NCBI GenBank assembly: GCA_963846575.1 | Contig: CAWJWJ010000001.1 | Span: 1,024,001-1,088,000 of the forward strand | DNA from: an uncultured Nitrospiraceae bacterium | GTDB lineage: Bacteria > Nitrospirota > Nitrospiria > Nitrospirales > Nitrospiraceae | Length of the DNA: 64,000 nucleotides | Direction of reading: 5' to 3' | Part shown: positions 10,727-19,202 of the stretch, in pieces | How positions within the stretch are numbered: position 1 is the stretch's first letter | Layout of the letters: every line of letters starts with the position of its first letter | Notes under the pieces: generated by a model | The model's input: only the letters and a program-made list of their open reading frames with translations | The model's database searches: none | What the model was told of the DNA's origin: nothing | Made by a program: the position numbers and the translations under genes

Positions 10727-10855
10727 GAGCCGAATGAGGGTATCGAGCAGCACGAGAGATAGTAGCTGCTGTTCCTATCGCTTTACGCCAGACTGTCCGG
10801 AGATTTGAGTGGCGGTTGTTTTCACGCGAGTGATGTTATACCGAGGATCGAGACC

Positions 10856-12118
10856 ATGAATGATTTCCACTATCGACAGGGCGAACTGTATTGCGAAGAT
10901 GTGCCGCTTTCACGCATCGTGAAAGAGGTGGGAACTCCGTGTTACGTCTACAGCCATCAGACACTTGTTCGGCACTTTCGTGTCTATGACGGTGCATTTG
11001 GGAATATTCCACACCTCGTCGCCTTCGCGATGAAGGCTAATTCCAATCTCGCCGTGCTCCGCCTTATGGCCAAGGAAGGCAGCGGGGTAGATATCGTGTC
11101 TGGGGGGGAACTCTTCCGTGCCCTGAAGGCGGGAGTCCCGGCCTCGAAAATTGTGTTCGCTGGCGTAGGGAAGAAGGCTGACGAAATCCGTGAGGCATTG
11201 AAGGCTGATATCTTGATGTTCAACGTGGAATCTCCCGCGGAGTTACATGCCATTAACGACGTGGCAGCCTCCATGAAAGTCAGGGCTCGGGTTGCCCTCC
11301 GGATTAATCCGGATATCGATCCCAAGACCCATCCTTACATATCCACCGGTTTGAAAAAGAGTAAGTTTGGGATTGCCGCTGATCGCGCTATCGAAGAGTT
11401 CAAGATTGCGGCCTCTTTCGATCACATCGAGGTAGTCGGCCTGCACGCGCACATCGGCTCTCAGTTGACCGAAGTGACACCGTTTGTTGAGTCGTTGAAA
11501 AAGGTGTTGGCAATGGTGCAAACCCTGACGGAGCAGGGAATCCCCATCCGCTATATTAACATTGGAGGGGGGTTGGGGATTACGTATTCCGATGAAACTC
11601 CTCCCGAACCGAAGGACCTGGCTGAGGCCATCGCTCCCCTGGTTCGCGATTTGAAGTGCGTTCTCATCATGGAGCCTGGTCGTGTGATTGTCGGCAATGC
11701 GGGTGTGCTTATCACCAAAGTACTCTACACGAAAGACGGCGAGGCCAAACGCTTCTTGATTGTGGATGCGGCCATGAACGATTTGATCAGACCAAGCCTC
11801 TACGACGCATATCACGACATCAGGCCCCTCTACGAAAACGTGACCCGTGCTCCAAGGAAAGCGGTCGATGTTGTCGGGCCCGTTTGCGAATCCGGAGACT
11901 TTTTGGCCAAGGACCGCGTTATGCCAGAAATGAACGCTGGTGATCTGATGGCGGTTATGAGCGCGGGGGCCTATGGATTCGTGATGTCCTCGAACTACAA
12001 TTCGCGGCCTCGTATACCGGAGGTGCTCGTACACGAAGACCAGATTCATGTAATTCGATCCCGTGAGAGCTATGATGATCTGGTGCGAGGGGAGCAGATA
12101 CCGGAATTTCTCTCCTAG
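10856..12118 (+). CDS. lysA: Diaminopimelate decarboxylase
   Basis: GTPCYVYS, FAMKAN, DIVSGGEL, THPYISTG..SKFG, HIGSQ, EPGR, GPVCESGD, SNYNSRPR. Confidence 0.96.
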   Translation: MNDFHYRQGELYCEDVPLSRIVKEVGTPCYVYSHQTLVRHFRVYDGAFGNIPHLVAFAMKANSNLAVLRLMAKEGSGVDIVSGGELFRALKAGVPASKIVFAGVGKKADEIREALKADILMFNVESPAELHAINDVAASMKVRARVALRINPDIDPKTHPYISTGLKKSKFGIAADRAIEEFKIAASFDHIEVVGLHAHIGSQLTEVTPFVESLKKVLAMVQTLTEQGIPIRYINIGGGLGITYSDETPPEPKDLAEAIAPLVRDLKCVLIMEPGRVIVGNAGVLITKVLYTKDGEAKRFLIVDAAMNDLIRPSLYDAYHDIRPLYENVTRAPRKAVDVVGPVCESGDFLAKDRVMPEMNAGDLMAVMSAGAYGFVMSSNYNSRPRIPEVLVHEDQIHVIRSRESYDDLVRGEQIPEFLS

Positions 12119-12153
12119 CCTCCGGCCTCTACTGTCATTTTATGGAGTATCCG

Positions 12154-13026
12154 ATGTTTAGTGGTTCTCTGGTTGCCATCGTCACGCCGTTTAAACGTGG
12201 AAAGCTGGACGAGCGGGCCCTCGGCGAACTTATTGAATGGCAAATTACCAGCGGTACTCATGGGATTGTTCCCTGCGGAACCACTGGCGAGTCAGCTACG
12301 CTGACGCATGCCGAGCACGAACGTGTGGTGGCCTTTACAGTGGAAGTTGTGAGGGGCCGCGTCCCCGTGGTGGCAGGAACTGGGTCCAATAGCACAGAGG
12401 AAGCCATTGCGCTGACTAAGCACGCAAAAGCTGCAGGAGTTGACGGTGCACTGCTGATCACTCCGTATTACAACAAGCCCACCCAAGAAGGGTTATTTCT
12501 CCACTACAAGGCAATTGCGGAGGCCGTGGATCTGCCGCTGGTACTCTACAATATCCCGGGACGCACCGGCGTGAATATGATGCCGACTACTATTGCTCGA
12601 CTTACGGCATGCCGGACAATCGTCGCCGTTAAGGAAGGGAGCGGGGCTGTTCAACAGGCGTCCGAGATCATTCAGCTTTGCGGCGACCGGCTAGCTGTGC
12701 TAGCAGGAGATGATGCACTGACTCTACCGGTGATGGCCGTGGGTGGCAAGGGGGTGATCACCGTCACGGCCAATGTGCTCCCGGGTGAAATGGCCGAGCT
12801 AGTCAATGCGTTTCTCTCAGGACGTCTTGAGGCCGCTCGCGCGATGCATTACCGCCTGTATCCGCTCTTTATGGCATTATTTTATGAAACAAACCCCATT
12901 CCTGTGAAGGAAGCACTCCACATGATGGGGAAAATTGAGAGCGATATTCGTTTGCCACTCTGCCCGATGGGCCAGGACAATAAAGAAAAACTCTTGCGTG
13001 TGATGAAAGCAGCTGGACTGGTATAG
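12154..13026 (+). CDS. dapA: 4-hydroxy-tetrahydrodipicolinate synthase
   Basis: VTPF, GTTGESATL, PYYNKPTQEG, LYNIPGRTG, ETNPIPVK. Confidence 0.96.
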   Translation: MFSGSLVAIVTPFKRGKLDERALGELIEWQITSGTHGIVPCGTTGESATLTHAEHERVVAFTVEVVRGRVPVVAGTGSNSTEEAIALTKHAKAAGVDGALLITPYYNKPTQEGLFLHYKAIAEAVDLPLVLYNIPGRTGVNMMPTTIARLTACRTIVAVKEGSGAVQQASEIIQLCGDRLAVLAGDDALTLPVMAVGGKGVITVTANVLPGEMAELVNAFLSGRLEAARAMHYRLYPLFMALFYETNPIPVKEALHMMGKIESDIRLPLCPMGQDNKEKLLRVMKAAGLV

Positions 13027-13056
13027 ATCGGTCTGTCGCTGCCAAAGGTTGTTGTA

Positions 13057-13860
13057 ATGATCAAAGTTGTCGTAACTGGGGCTGCCGGAAGGATGGGATC
13101 ACGCCTCGTGTCCCTGATAAAAGATTCCGGATCCATGACCCTCGCGGGCGCGGTCGAAAGCAAAGGACATCACGCCGTGGGGCAAGACTGCGGTGAGGTG
13201 GCAGGCTGTGGACGCACGGGCGTGGCGATTGCGGATGACCTCTCGCGGGTAATGGAACATGGCGAGGTCGTTGTCGACTTTACAACGCCCTCGGCGACGC
13301 TAGAGCACTTGAGAATAGTGGCGGAGCATCGGCGAGGAATCGTGGTGGGGACTACTGGATTTTCTTCTTCTCAGTTGGAGGTCCTTCGAAGTTTCTCCAG
13401 AGAGGCTCCCTGCGTGTTCTCTCCCAACATGAGCGTGGGCGTCAACGTGATTTTTAAAGTGATTGCGGAAATGGCCAAGACGCTCGGCGAGGACTACGAT
13501 ATTGAAGTGATAGAGGCGCATCATCGTCTAAAGAAGGACGCCCCCAGCGGCACCGCGTTAAAAATGGCGGAAGTGCTCGCGCGCGCGCTCGATCGAGACT
13601 TTGAGCAGGTCGGTGTTTATGCGCGGAGGGGACTGATCGGTGAGCGTAAGAGGGGAGAAATTGGGATTCAAACCATCAGGGCGGGTGACATAGTCGGAGA
13701 TCATACGGTTTTGTTTGGAAGTATGGGTGAGCGCATTGAGGTTGTCCACCGAGCCAGTAGTCGTGACACATTTGCTCATGGAGCACTACGTGCCGCTCTG
13801 TGGGTCGTCAAGCAGCCCCCAGGACTCTACGATATGCTCGATGTGCTAAATCTGGGATAG
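13057..13860 (+). CDS. dapB: 4-hydroxy-tetrahydrodipicolinate reductase
   Basis: GAAGRMG, VDFT, GTTGF, NMSVGVN, EAHHRLKKDAPSGTA, GDIVGDH. Confidence 0.96.
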   Translation: MIKVVVTGAAGRMGSRLVSLIKDSGSMTLAGAVESKGHHAVGQDCGEVAGCGRTGVAIADDLSRVMEHGEVVVDFTTPSATLEHLRIVAEHRRGIVVGTTGFSSSQLEVLRSFSREAPCVFSPNMSVGVNVIFKVIAEMAKTLGEDYDIEVIEAHHRLKKDAPSGTALKMAEVLARALDRDFEQVGVYARRGLIGERKRGEIGIQTIRAGDIVGDHTVLFGSMGERIEVVHRASSRDTFAHGALRAALWVVKQPPGLYDMLDVLNLG

Positions 13861-14170
13861 GTTGATTTGGTCGTTTGTACATGCATACCTACCTGGACCG
13901 CGGTGGATCCGATATATATAGCCTGAGGATTCGTTAGAAACAAAGAAGCAAATCAAGCAGAGTAAAATAACAAAAAAAGCGGGTAGTCTTCCCTGATTTG
14001 GGGGAGAAAAGGGTTGGGAGATCGGACTCAACGAATGGGCGGGAGGCGAAGTTTACAGCAAAGCGTAGGAGTGACTTTTTCCATCGAGGTTGATGAAATT
14101 TCAAGAATCACGAGAAACAGTCGTCGTCTCAGGACAACGAATGTCTTGCGTGTTATGTCACCAAAACGGT

Positions 14171-14323
14171 TTAATGGCGTGAGGTGATCGGTCTTGGTTC
14201 TGCATCAGCTGCTTTTCGTCGTCCACAGTTCAGGCAAGCAAGTACTGTGATCGCCAAACCAGCATTCAGGTCAACCGCCCGCTCAGGCAACATTGTTCCG
14301 CGGCATTTGTCACATTTATGCAT
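14171..14323 (-). CDS. 50-aa Cys4 zinc-ribbon micro-protein (not in ORF track)
   Basis: Hand translation MHKCDKCRGTMLPERAVDLNAGLAITVLACLNCGRRKAADAEPRPITSRH*; CxxC and CxxCG pairs. Confidence 0.6.
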   Translation of the reverse strand: MHKCDKCRGTMLPERAVDLNAGLAITVLACLNCGRRKAADAEPRPITSRH

Positions 14324-14553
14324 GTATTGCTTATACCATTCGCTAAGCAGGAGAAACCATCCACCTGAAGTACTGTATAAAGCGAGGGAAAAGGACCTGG
14401 TAAGTACGAATGTATCTGGGCCGTTTGGCCCTGCCGCTACCCCTTACGGGCGTAGGCGGTCCTGGCAAGAATCCCAGGTGGAATTCCTTGGACCTGACAT
14501 CCAATCCACGATGTCCTAGATTTTTTCGGAGCGGCTATCAAGAATGAACTTCT

Positions 14554-14814
14554 ATGTATAAGGTAATATTGATAGTAGGGTTATTGATCCTGCTCTACTA
14601 TTTCCTTCAGAAAGCCATCCACGGACGAATCGAAAGTCCTGGGGGTCGTGATGGTTTGCAGGGCAGCGGTTCTGGGAACAATATGGTGCAAGATCCGTTT
14701 TGCCGGGTCTTTGTTCCACGCGGAAGCGCATTTTGTGACGAAGTTGGAGGTCAGACCTACTTCTTTTGTAGCCAAGCCTGTGCCAAGGCATTTCAGAAGC
14801 AGCTCTCGAGCTAG
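14554..14814 (+). CDS. Membrane-anchored YHS/TRASH-domain protein
   Basis: N-terminal TM helix, then MVQDPFC...YFFCSQAC. Confidence 0.8.
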   Translation: MYKVILIVGLLILLYYFLQKAIHGRIESPGGRDGLQGSGSGNNMVQDPFCRVFVPRGSAFCDEVGGQTYFFCSQACAKAFQKQLSS

Positions 14815-15113
14815 CAGCCTGAGTATGTCGAATCAGAGACCGTGTCGTCTTTGTCGAAGATCAGAGTCATTTGGCATTCAATAGCTTGAAAATTAAGTAA
14901 CGGTGGGCCTGCTTTTCCGCCCGCAATTCGGTTGTAGGTCCATTTCTCCCCTCCGAAAAATCGGGTACTACGGGCCTCCGGTGTGCCAAGCTCTTTTTCC
15001 ACCCAAACCTTGTCCTTCCCCTGATAGCGGGTAAGAGAGGCGTCCAAATAAGGGTTGTGGCTGCAGGCACCTGCCGTAACGACGATTGCTAATACCCAAA
15101 ATAATTTTCGCAT
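14811..15113 (-). CDS. Small lipoprotein, SmpA/OmlA (BamE)-like fold
   Basis: Lipobox AGAC; V..ELGTP, EKWTY, LIFD..V pattern. Confidence 0.6.
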   Translation of the reverse strand: MRKLFWVLAIVVTAGACSHNPYLDASLTRYQGKDKVWVEKELGTPEARSTRFFGGEKWTYNRIAGGKAGPPLLNFQAIECQMTLIFDKDDTVSDSTYSGC

Positions 15114-15307
15114 GGTGAGGTTTCTCCTGGCACCGGAAGCGACGCGAACTCGAACTTGTCACATTTCCTATAGAAAATCCAGACACCGATGCCCGTCGTT
15201 CTGAGAAGTAGATGCCAGTAGTTGACTGGTTGCCTTGTTACTCAGTAGCCCCTAAAATAAGAAGCAAGCTGTTACTGCTGGGAAATTAGCGACGAAAGGA
15301 TTCTTTC

Positions 15308-15955
15308 ATGAAACTCTATCTCGACACCGCGAATGTAAAGGAAATCCAAGAGGGCGCAAGTTTGGGACTGATCGATGGCGTGACGACCAATCCCTCTCTA
15401 GTAGCCAAAGAAGGACGTAGCTTTAAAGAAATGCTCCTGGAAATTTGCAAAATGGTGGATGGCCCCATTAGCGCAGAAGTGGTGGGTATCGAATCCGACG
15501 GTATGATAAAGGAAGGTCGTGAACTGGCAAAGATCCACAAAAACATCGTGGTGAAGGTCCCGCTTATCCCCGAAGGTCTTCGTGCTACCAAAAAGCTTTC
15601 CTCCGAAGGTATTCGGGTGAATGTGACCTTATGTTTCTCTCCTACCCAAGCGTTACTCGCGGCCAAGGCCGGGGCCTGGTGCGTGTCCCCCTTCATCGGT
15701 CGCTTGGATGACGTCAGTTCAGACGGAATGGAATTAATTAGGCAGATTGTGACGATTTATGACAACTACGATTACAAGACACAGGTTTTAGTCGCCAGCG
15801 TACGCAGTCCGCAACACGTAGTGGAGGCGGCATTGGCAGGAGGCCATATCTGTACAATGCCCTACTCTGTATTTCAACAACTAGTGAAGCATCCATTGAC
15901 GGATATTGGCCTGCAGAAGTTTCTCGCAGATTGGGACGCGATGGGCAAAAAGTAG
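15308..15955 (+). CDS. tal: Transaldolase / fructose-6-phosphate aldolase (short type)
   Basis: [39 protein letters not shown]. Confidence 0.92.
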   Translation: MKLYLDTANVKEIQEGASLGLIDGVTTNPSLVAKEGRSFKEMLLEICKMVDGPISAEVVGIESDGMIKEGRELAKIHKNIVVKVPLIPEGLRATKKLSSEGIRVNVTLCFSPTQALLAAKAGAWCVSPFIGRLDDVSSDGMELIRQIVTIYDNYDYKTQVLVASVRSPQHVVEAALAGGHICTMPYSVFQQLVKHPLTDIGLQKFLADWDAMGKK

Positions 15956-15966
15956 TCGCGTGATGT

Positions 15967-16668
15967 TCATCGCCCTGACGGAGCGTGGTCCAAAAGACAG
16001 CGCTTGGCATCGAAAAAAATCCGATGGAACATCGTTCTCGTCAGTTTGCCGGTGAAAGTATTTTGTTGGCTCGGATGGTATGAGGCAATAAGGGTTTTAC
16101 CCCGAGGTAACTTGTAGATGGCCCCGTGACCGAATTTGGGGAGCGGCCGCGGTATATTTAGTCCCAGTTCTCTGCACGCTCTGAGGTAGTGATCGAAGGC
16201 GACCTTTCCTAATGCCACCACCGCTTGCACCCCTTCAAGTGCACGTATTTCACCTAATATAAACTGTTGGCAGGCTGCAAATTCCTGTGGTGTCGGTCTA
16301 TTAGCCGGCGGGGCACAACGTACTGCCGCGCCAATGTAACAATCGGCGAGGGTGAGGCCGTCATTCACATCAGTGGAAGAGGCCTGATTCGCGAAGCCGA
16401 ATTGGTGCAATGCCTCGTATAGCCAATCTCCACTGCGATCCCCGGTGAAAATGCGTCCAGTGCGATTCCCTCCGTGTGCGGCTGGGGCAAGCCCCAGCAC
16501 GTAGAGTCGAGCAAGTGGGTCACCAAACCCAGGAATCGGCTTTCCCCAGTAAGTGCATCCTCGGTACTGCCGTCTTTTCGCCTCAGCTATAGCTGTACGG
16601 TAGGCGACTAATCGGGGGCAACGCGTGCAGTTGACGATGTCGGAGTTGAGAAGGGCGAGGGTATTCAT
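15967..16668 (-). CDS. Uracil-DNA glycosylase, family 5 (4Fe-4S)
   Basis: CTRCPRL, YWGKPIPGFGD, GLAPAAHGGNRTGRIFTGD, RCAPPANRP, HPSQQNTFTG. Confidence 0.9.
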   Translation of the reverse strand: MNTLALLNSDIVNCTRCPRLVAYRTAIAEAKRRQYRGCTYWGKPIPGFGDPLARLYVLGLAPAAHGGNRTGRIFTGDRSGDWLYEALHQFGFANQASSTDVNDGLTLADCYIGAAVRCAPPANRPTPQEFAACQQFILGEIRALEGVQAVVALGKVAFDHYLRACRELGLNIPRPLPKFGHGAIYKLPRGKTLIASYHPSQQNTFTGKLTRTMFHRIFFDAKRCLLDHAPSGR

Positions 16669-16761
16669 GCGGCGAAGTGTAGCAAACCCACGACTTCCTT
16701 GTCGTCTCAAGCTCTTGTTGATAGCATAAACTTTCAGGTGCGACGAAAGGACCATAAACGC

Positions 16762-17841
16762 ATGCGGAACAATGACTGGGGAATTCGGACCGGTAGAATG
16801 ACGGTGGTGTTGGCTCTGGGGCTGACGGCCGTGTTGGGGAGATACCAGGTCGAGTCGAACGCGGCGACAACGTTTCCCCCCAACTCGAATGAGGTCAGCA
16901 GTCTTCCAGACCAGGAAGGCAGCTCTGCTCCCGGCCTGACCGAGCCGGAAGCCGGATCCGATCTTGAGGATCGCCTGGTGATCCTTCCTGAAATCAAGCG
17001 CGAAGGGGAGCGCTTTTTCTTGAGTTCATTCAAGTTGCCGGACAAGCTCACCTTTGCGGGACAATCGATTCCATTGGATAATTGGCAAGTACGTGAGCGC
17101 GTGGAATACGAATTTTATCAATTCCTCGAGGACCAGGGAGAGAGTATCATACTGGCAAAGCGGACTGGACGCTGCTTCGCCCCAGCCGAAAAACAACTGG
17201 CCGATGCCGGCTTGCCAGATGATTTGAAGTATATGTTGTTGGTGGAGAGCAAATGCATCGCCGCCGCCTACTCGCGGGCCAAGGCTTCAGGACCATGGCA
17301 ATTTATCAACTCGACCGGGCGACGCTACAAGTTGCACAATGAACGGTGGCTTGATGAGCGGCGCAACCTGGAGATGTCTACGGAGGCCGCCATTAAGTAC
17401 CTGCGCTACCTTCGCGACCTGCAGCAGGGAGATTGGTTCCTCGCTATGGCCTCATACAATGCTGGCGAGGACCGGATACGGAAGTTGATCAAGGAACAAA
17501 ACGTGAAAGACTACTGGCGTATGCATGGCCCGCGGGAGACCATGCGATATGTCGCGCGGATCATTGCAGCCAAGGAAATCTATTCCCAGCCTGAGAAGTA
17601 TCTAGGGCTGACCAAGAAAGACCTGTATCCTCCCCTAGAAACCGAAACGGTGACGGTAACAATTAAGGAACCGCAGCGACGTCTCACCGTGATCGCCGAG
17701 GAATATGGAACATATTTTCTAGAATTGAAAATGCTTAATCCAGAGTTCACTAAGGACTACTTGCCAAAGGGAACTTACCAGGTTAAGGTGCCTCGACAGA
17801 CTTGTCCAAATCGCTGTTTTAAACAGGACAAACTGCCATAG
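16762..17841 (+). CDS. Lytic murein transglycosylase (MltD-like SLT domain)
   Basis: GLPDDLKY..VES, ASGPWQF, LDERR, ASYNAGE, ETMRYV; N-terminal signal/TM segment. Confidence 0.85.
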   Translation: MRNNDWGIRTGRMTVVLALGLTAVLGRYQVESNAATTFPPNSNEVSSLPDQEGSSAPGLTEPEAGSDLEDRLVILPEIKREGERFFLSSFKLPDKLTFAGQSIPLDNWQVRERVEYEFYQFLEDQGESIILAKRTGRCFAPAEKQLADAGLPDDLKYMLLVESKCIAAAYSRAKASGPWQFINSTGRRYKLHNERWLDERRNLEMSTEAAIKYLRYLRDLQQGDWFLAMASYNAGEDRIRKLIKEQNVKDYWRMHGPRETMRYVARIIAAKEIYSQPEKYLGLTKKDLYPPLETETVTVTIKEPQRRLTVIAEEYGTYFLELKMLNPEFTKDYLPKGTYQVKVPRQTCPNRCFKQDKLP

Positions 17842-17846
17842 CTCCA

Positions 17847-19186
17847 ATGATAAAAGTCGGCGTATCGCAGCCTGGAGCGCGAGCGCACCTCACCCAATTG
17901 TTCCAAGCGGCACTACAGGCTGTCGACCCGTATGAGGCCGTCTGTCGCCAGGTCAACCTGCGGCGTGGGCGGCTGATCATCGGTTCACAGCACTATCGGC
18001 TTCTTCCACAGCAACGAATCGTAATTGTTGGAGCGGGTAAGGCATCGGCCCGCATGGCCCAGGCCCTGGAAAAAAAGTTGGGCCCGCAAATCGACAGCGG
18101 ACTGGTGGTGGTGAAGTATGGCCACGGTGCCGCCACAAACAAGATTCGTATCGTGGAGGCGGGACATCCGGTTCCGGATGAGGCTGGGGTCGACGCCGGT
18201 CGGATGATCATGGAGGTCGTCGGAACCTTGACGGCGGATGATCTGCTGATTGTGCTTCTTTCGGGCGGAGCGTCGAGTCTCCTCCCTGTACCGGCCCAAG
18301 GCATTAGCCTCAAGGATAAACAACAAACCACTCACCTGCTGCTACGGTCCGGTGCGACCATTCAAGAAATGAATGCAGTTCGCAAGCATCTGTCGCGCGT
18401 GAAGGGCGGGCAACTTGCGGCTGCCACTCCCGCGCGGGTGGCGAGTGTTATCCTGTCAGACGTGATCGGAAATGATCTGGGGACGATCGGATCCGGTCCA
18501 ACCGCCCCTGATCCAACTACATTTCGAGAAGCCTGGACGATTCTGAAACGATATGGAGTCTCCGCGCGTCTTCCGAGTTCAGTACGACGGCGGATGGAAG
18601 CGGGTATTGGCAAGGCTGTGGCGGAAACGCCAAAACCAGGCGCCGCTCTCTTTCGCCGTGTGGGAAATGTGCTTGTCGGAGACAATCAGGCGGCGGTTGA
18701 TGCGGTCGCCCACGCTGCGAAGGTGCAAGGACTCCGGAGCCTGGTTCTTTCGACAACTGTCACCGGTGAGGCCCGAGAAGTTGCCAAACTGTTTGGGGCG
18801 ATGGCTCGAGAAATTGTGTCCAAGGGACGGCCCATCAAGCGCCCATGTTGCGTCATTGCGGGGGGGAGACCACGGTAACGGTGCGTGGAGAGGGGCAGGG
18901 CGGGCGGGCCCAGGAGTTTGCACTGGCCGCGGCGTTGGAGATAGCAGGCTTGTCTAAGGTATGGGTGGCGGGTTTTGCCACCGATGGCACTGATGGCCCG
19001 AAACCGGTGGCCGGAGCAGTTGTCGATGGTGAGACCGCTGCTCGGGCAGCGCGTTGCCGGCTGGATTTGGTCCGCGCACTGCAGGAGAACGATGCCTATC
19101 CAGTTTTCAGAAAGCTGAAGGCTCACATCGTGACCGGTCCTACCGGGACCAACGTGAACGATCTTTACCTCCTTCTCGTACTCTAG
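17847..19186 (+). pseudogene. Glycerate 2-kinase (MOFRL/TtuD family), split by a 1-nt frameshift in a G run (real or sequencing error)
   Basis: GAGKAS, AGHPVPD, LSGGASSL, NAVRKHLS.VKGG in one frame; ETTVTV, GGRAQE, TDGTDGP, TGPTGTNVND in another; frame switch at G7 18860-18866. Confidence 0.85.
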
Positions 19187-19202
19187 GTACTATCCCAACT
19201 AC

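Noticed and set aside
14136..14163. TTATGTCA resembling the XerD arm of a dif site in the AT-rich valley
   Set aside because: No ATAA-ending XerC arm 6 nt upstream; the GGGNAGGG motifs I spotted are mostly on the + strand on both sides, so no polarity switch is evident.
13861..14550. AT-rich gap as possible oriC
   Set aside because: No cluster of TTATCCACA-like DnaA boxes, and no dnaA/dnaN/gidA context.
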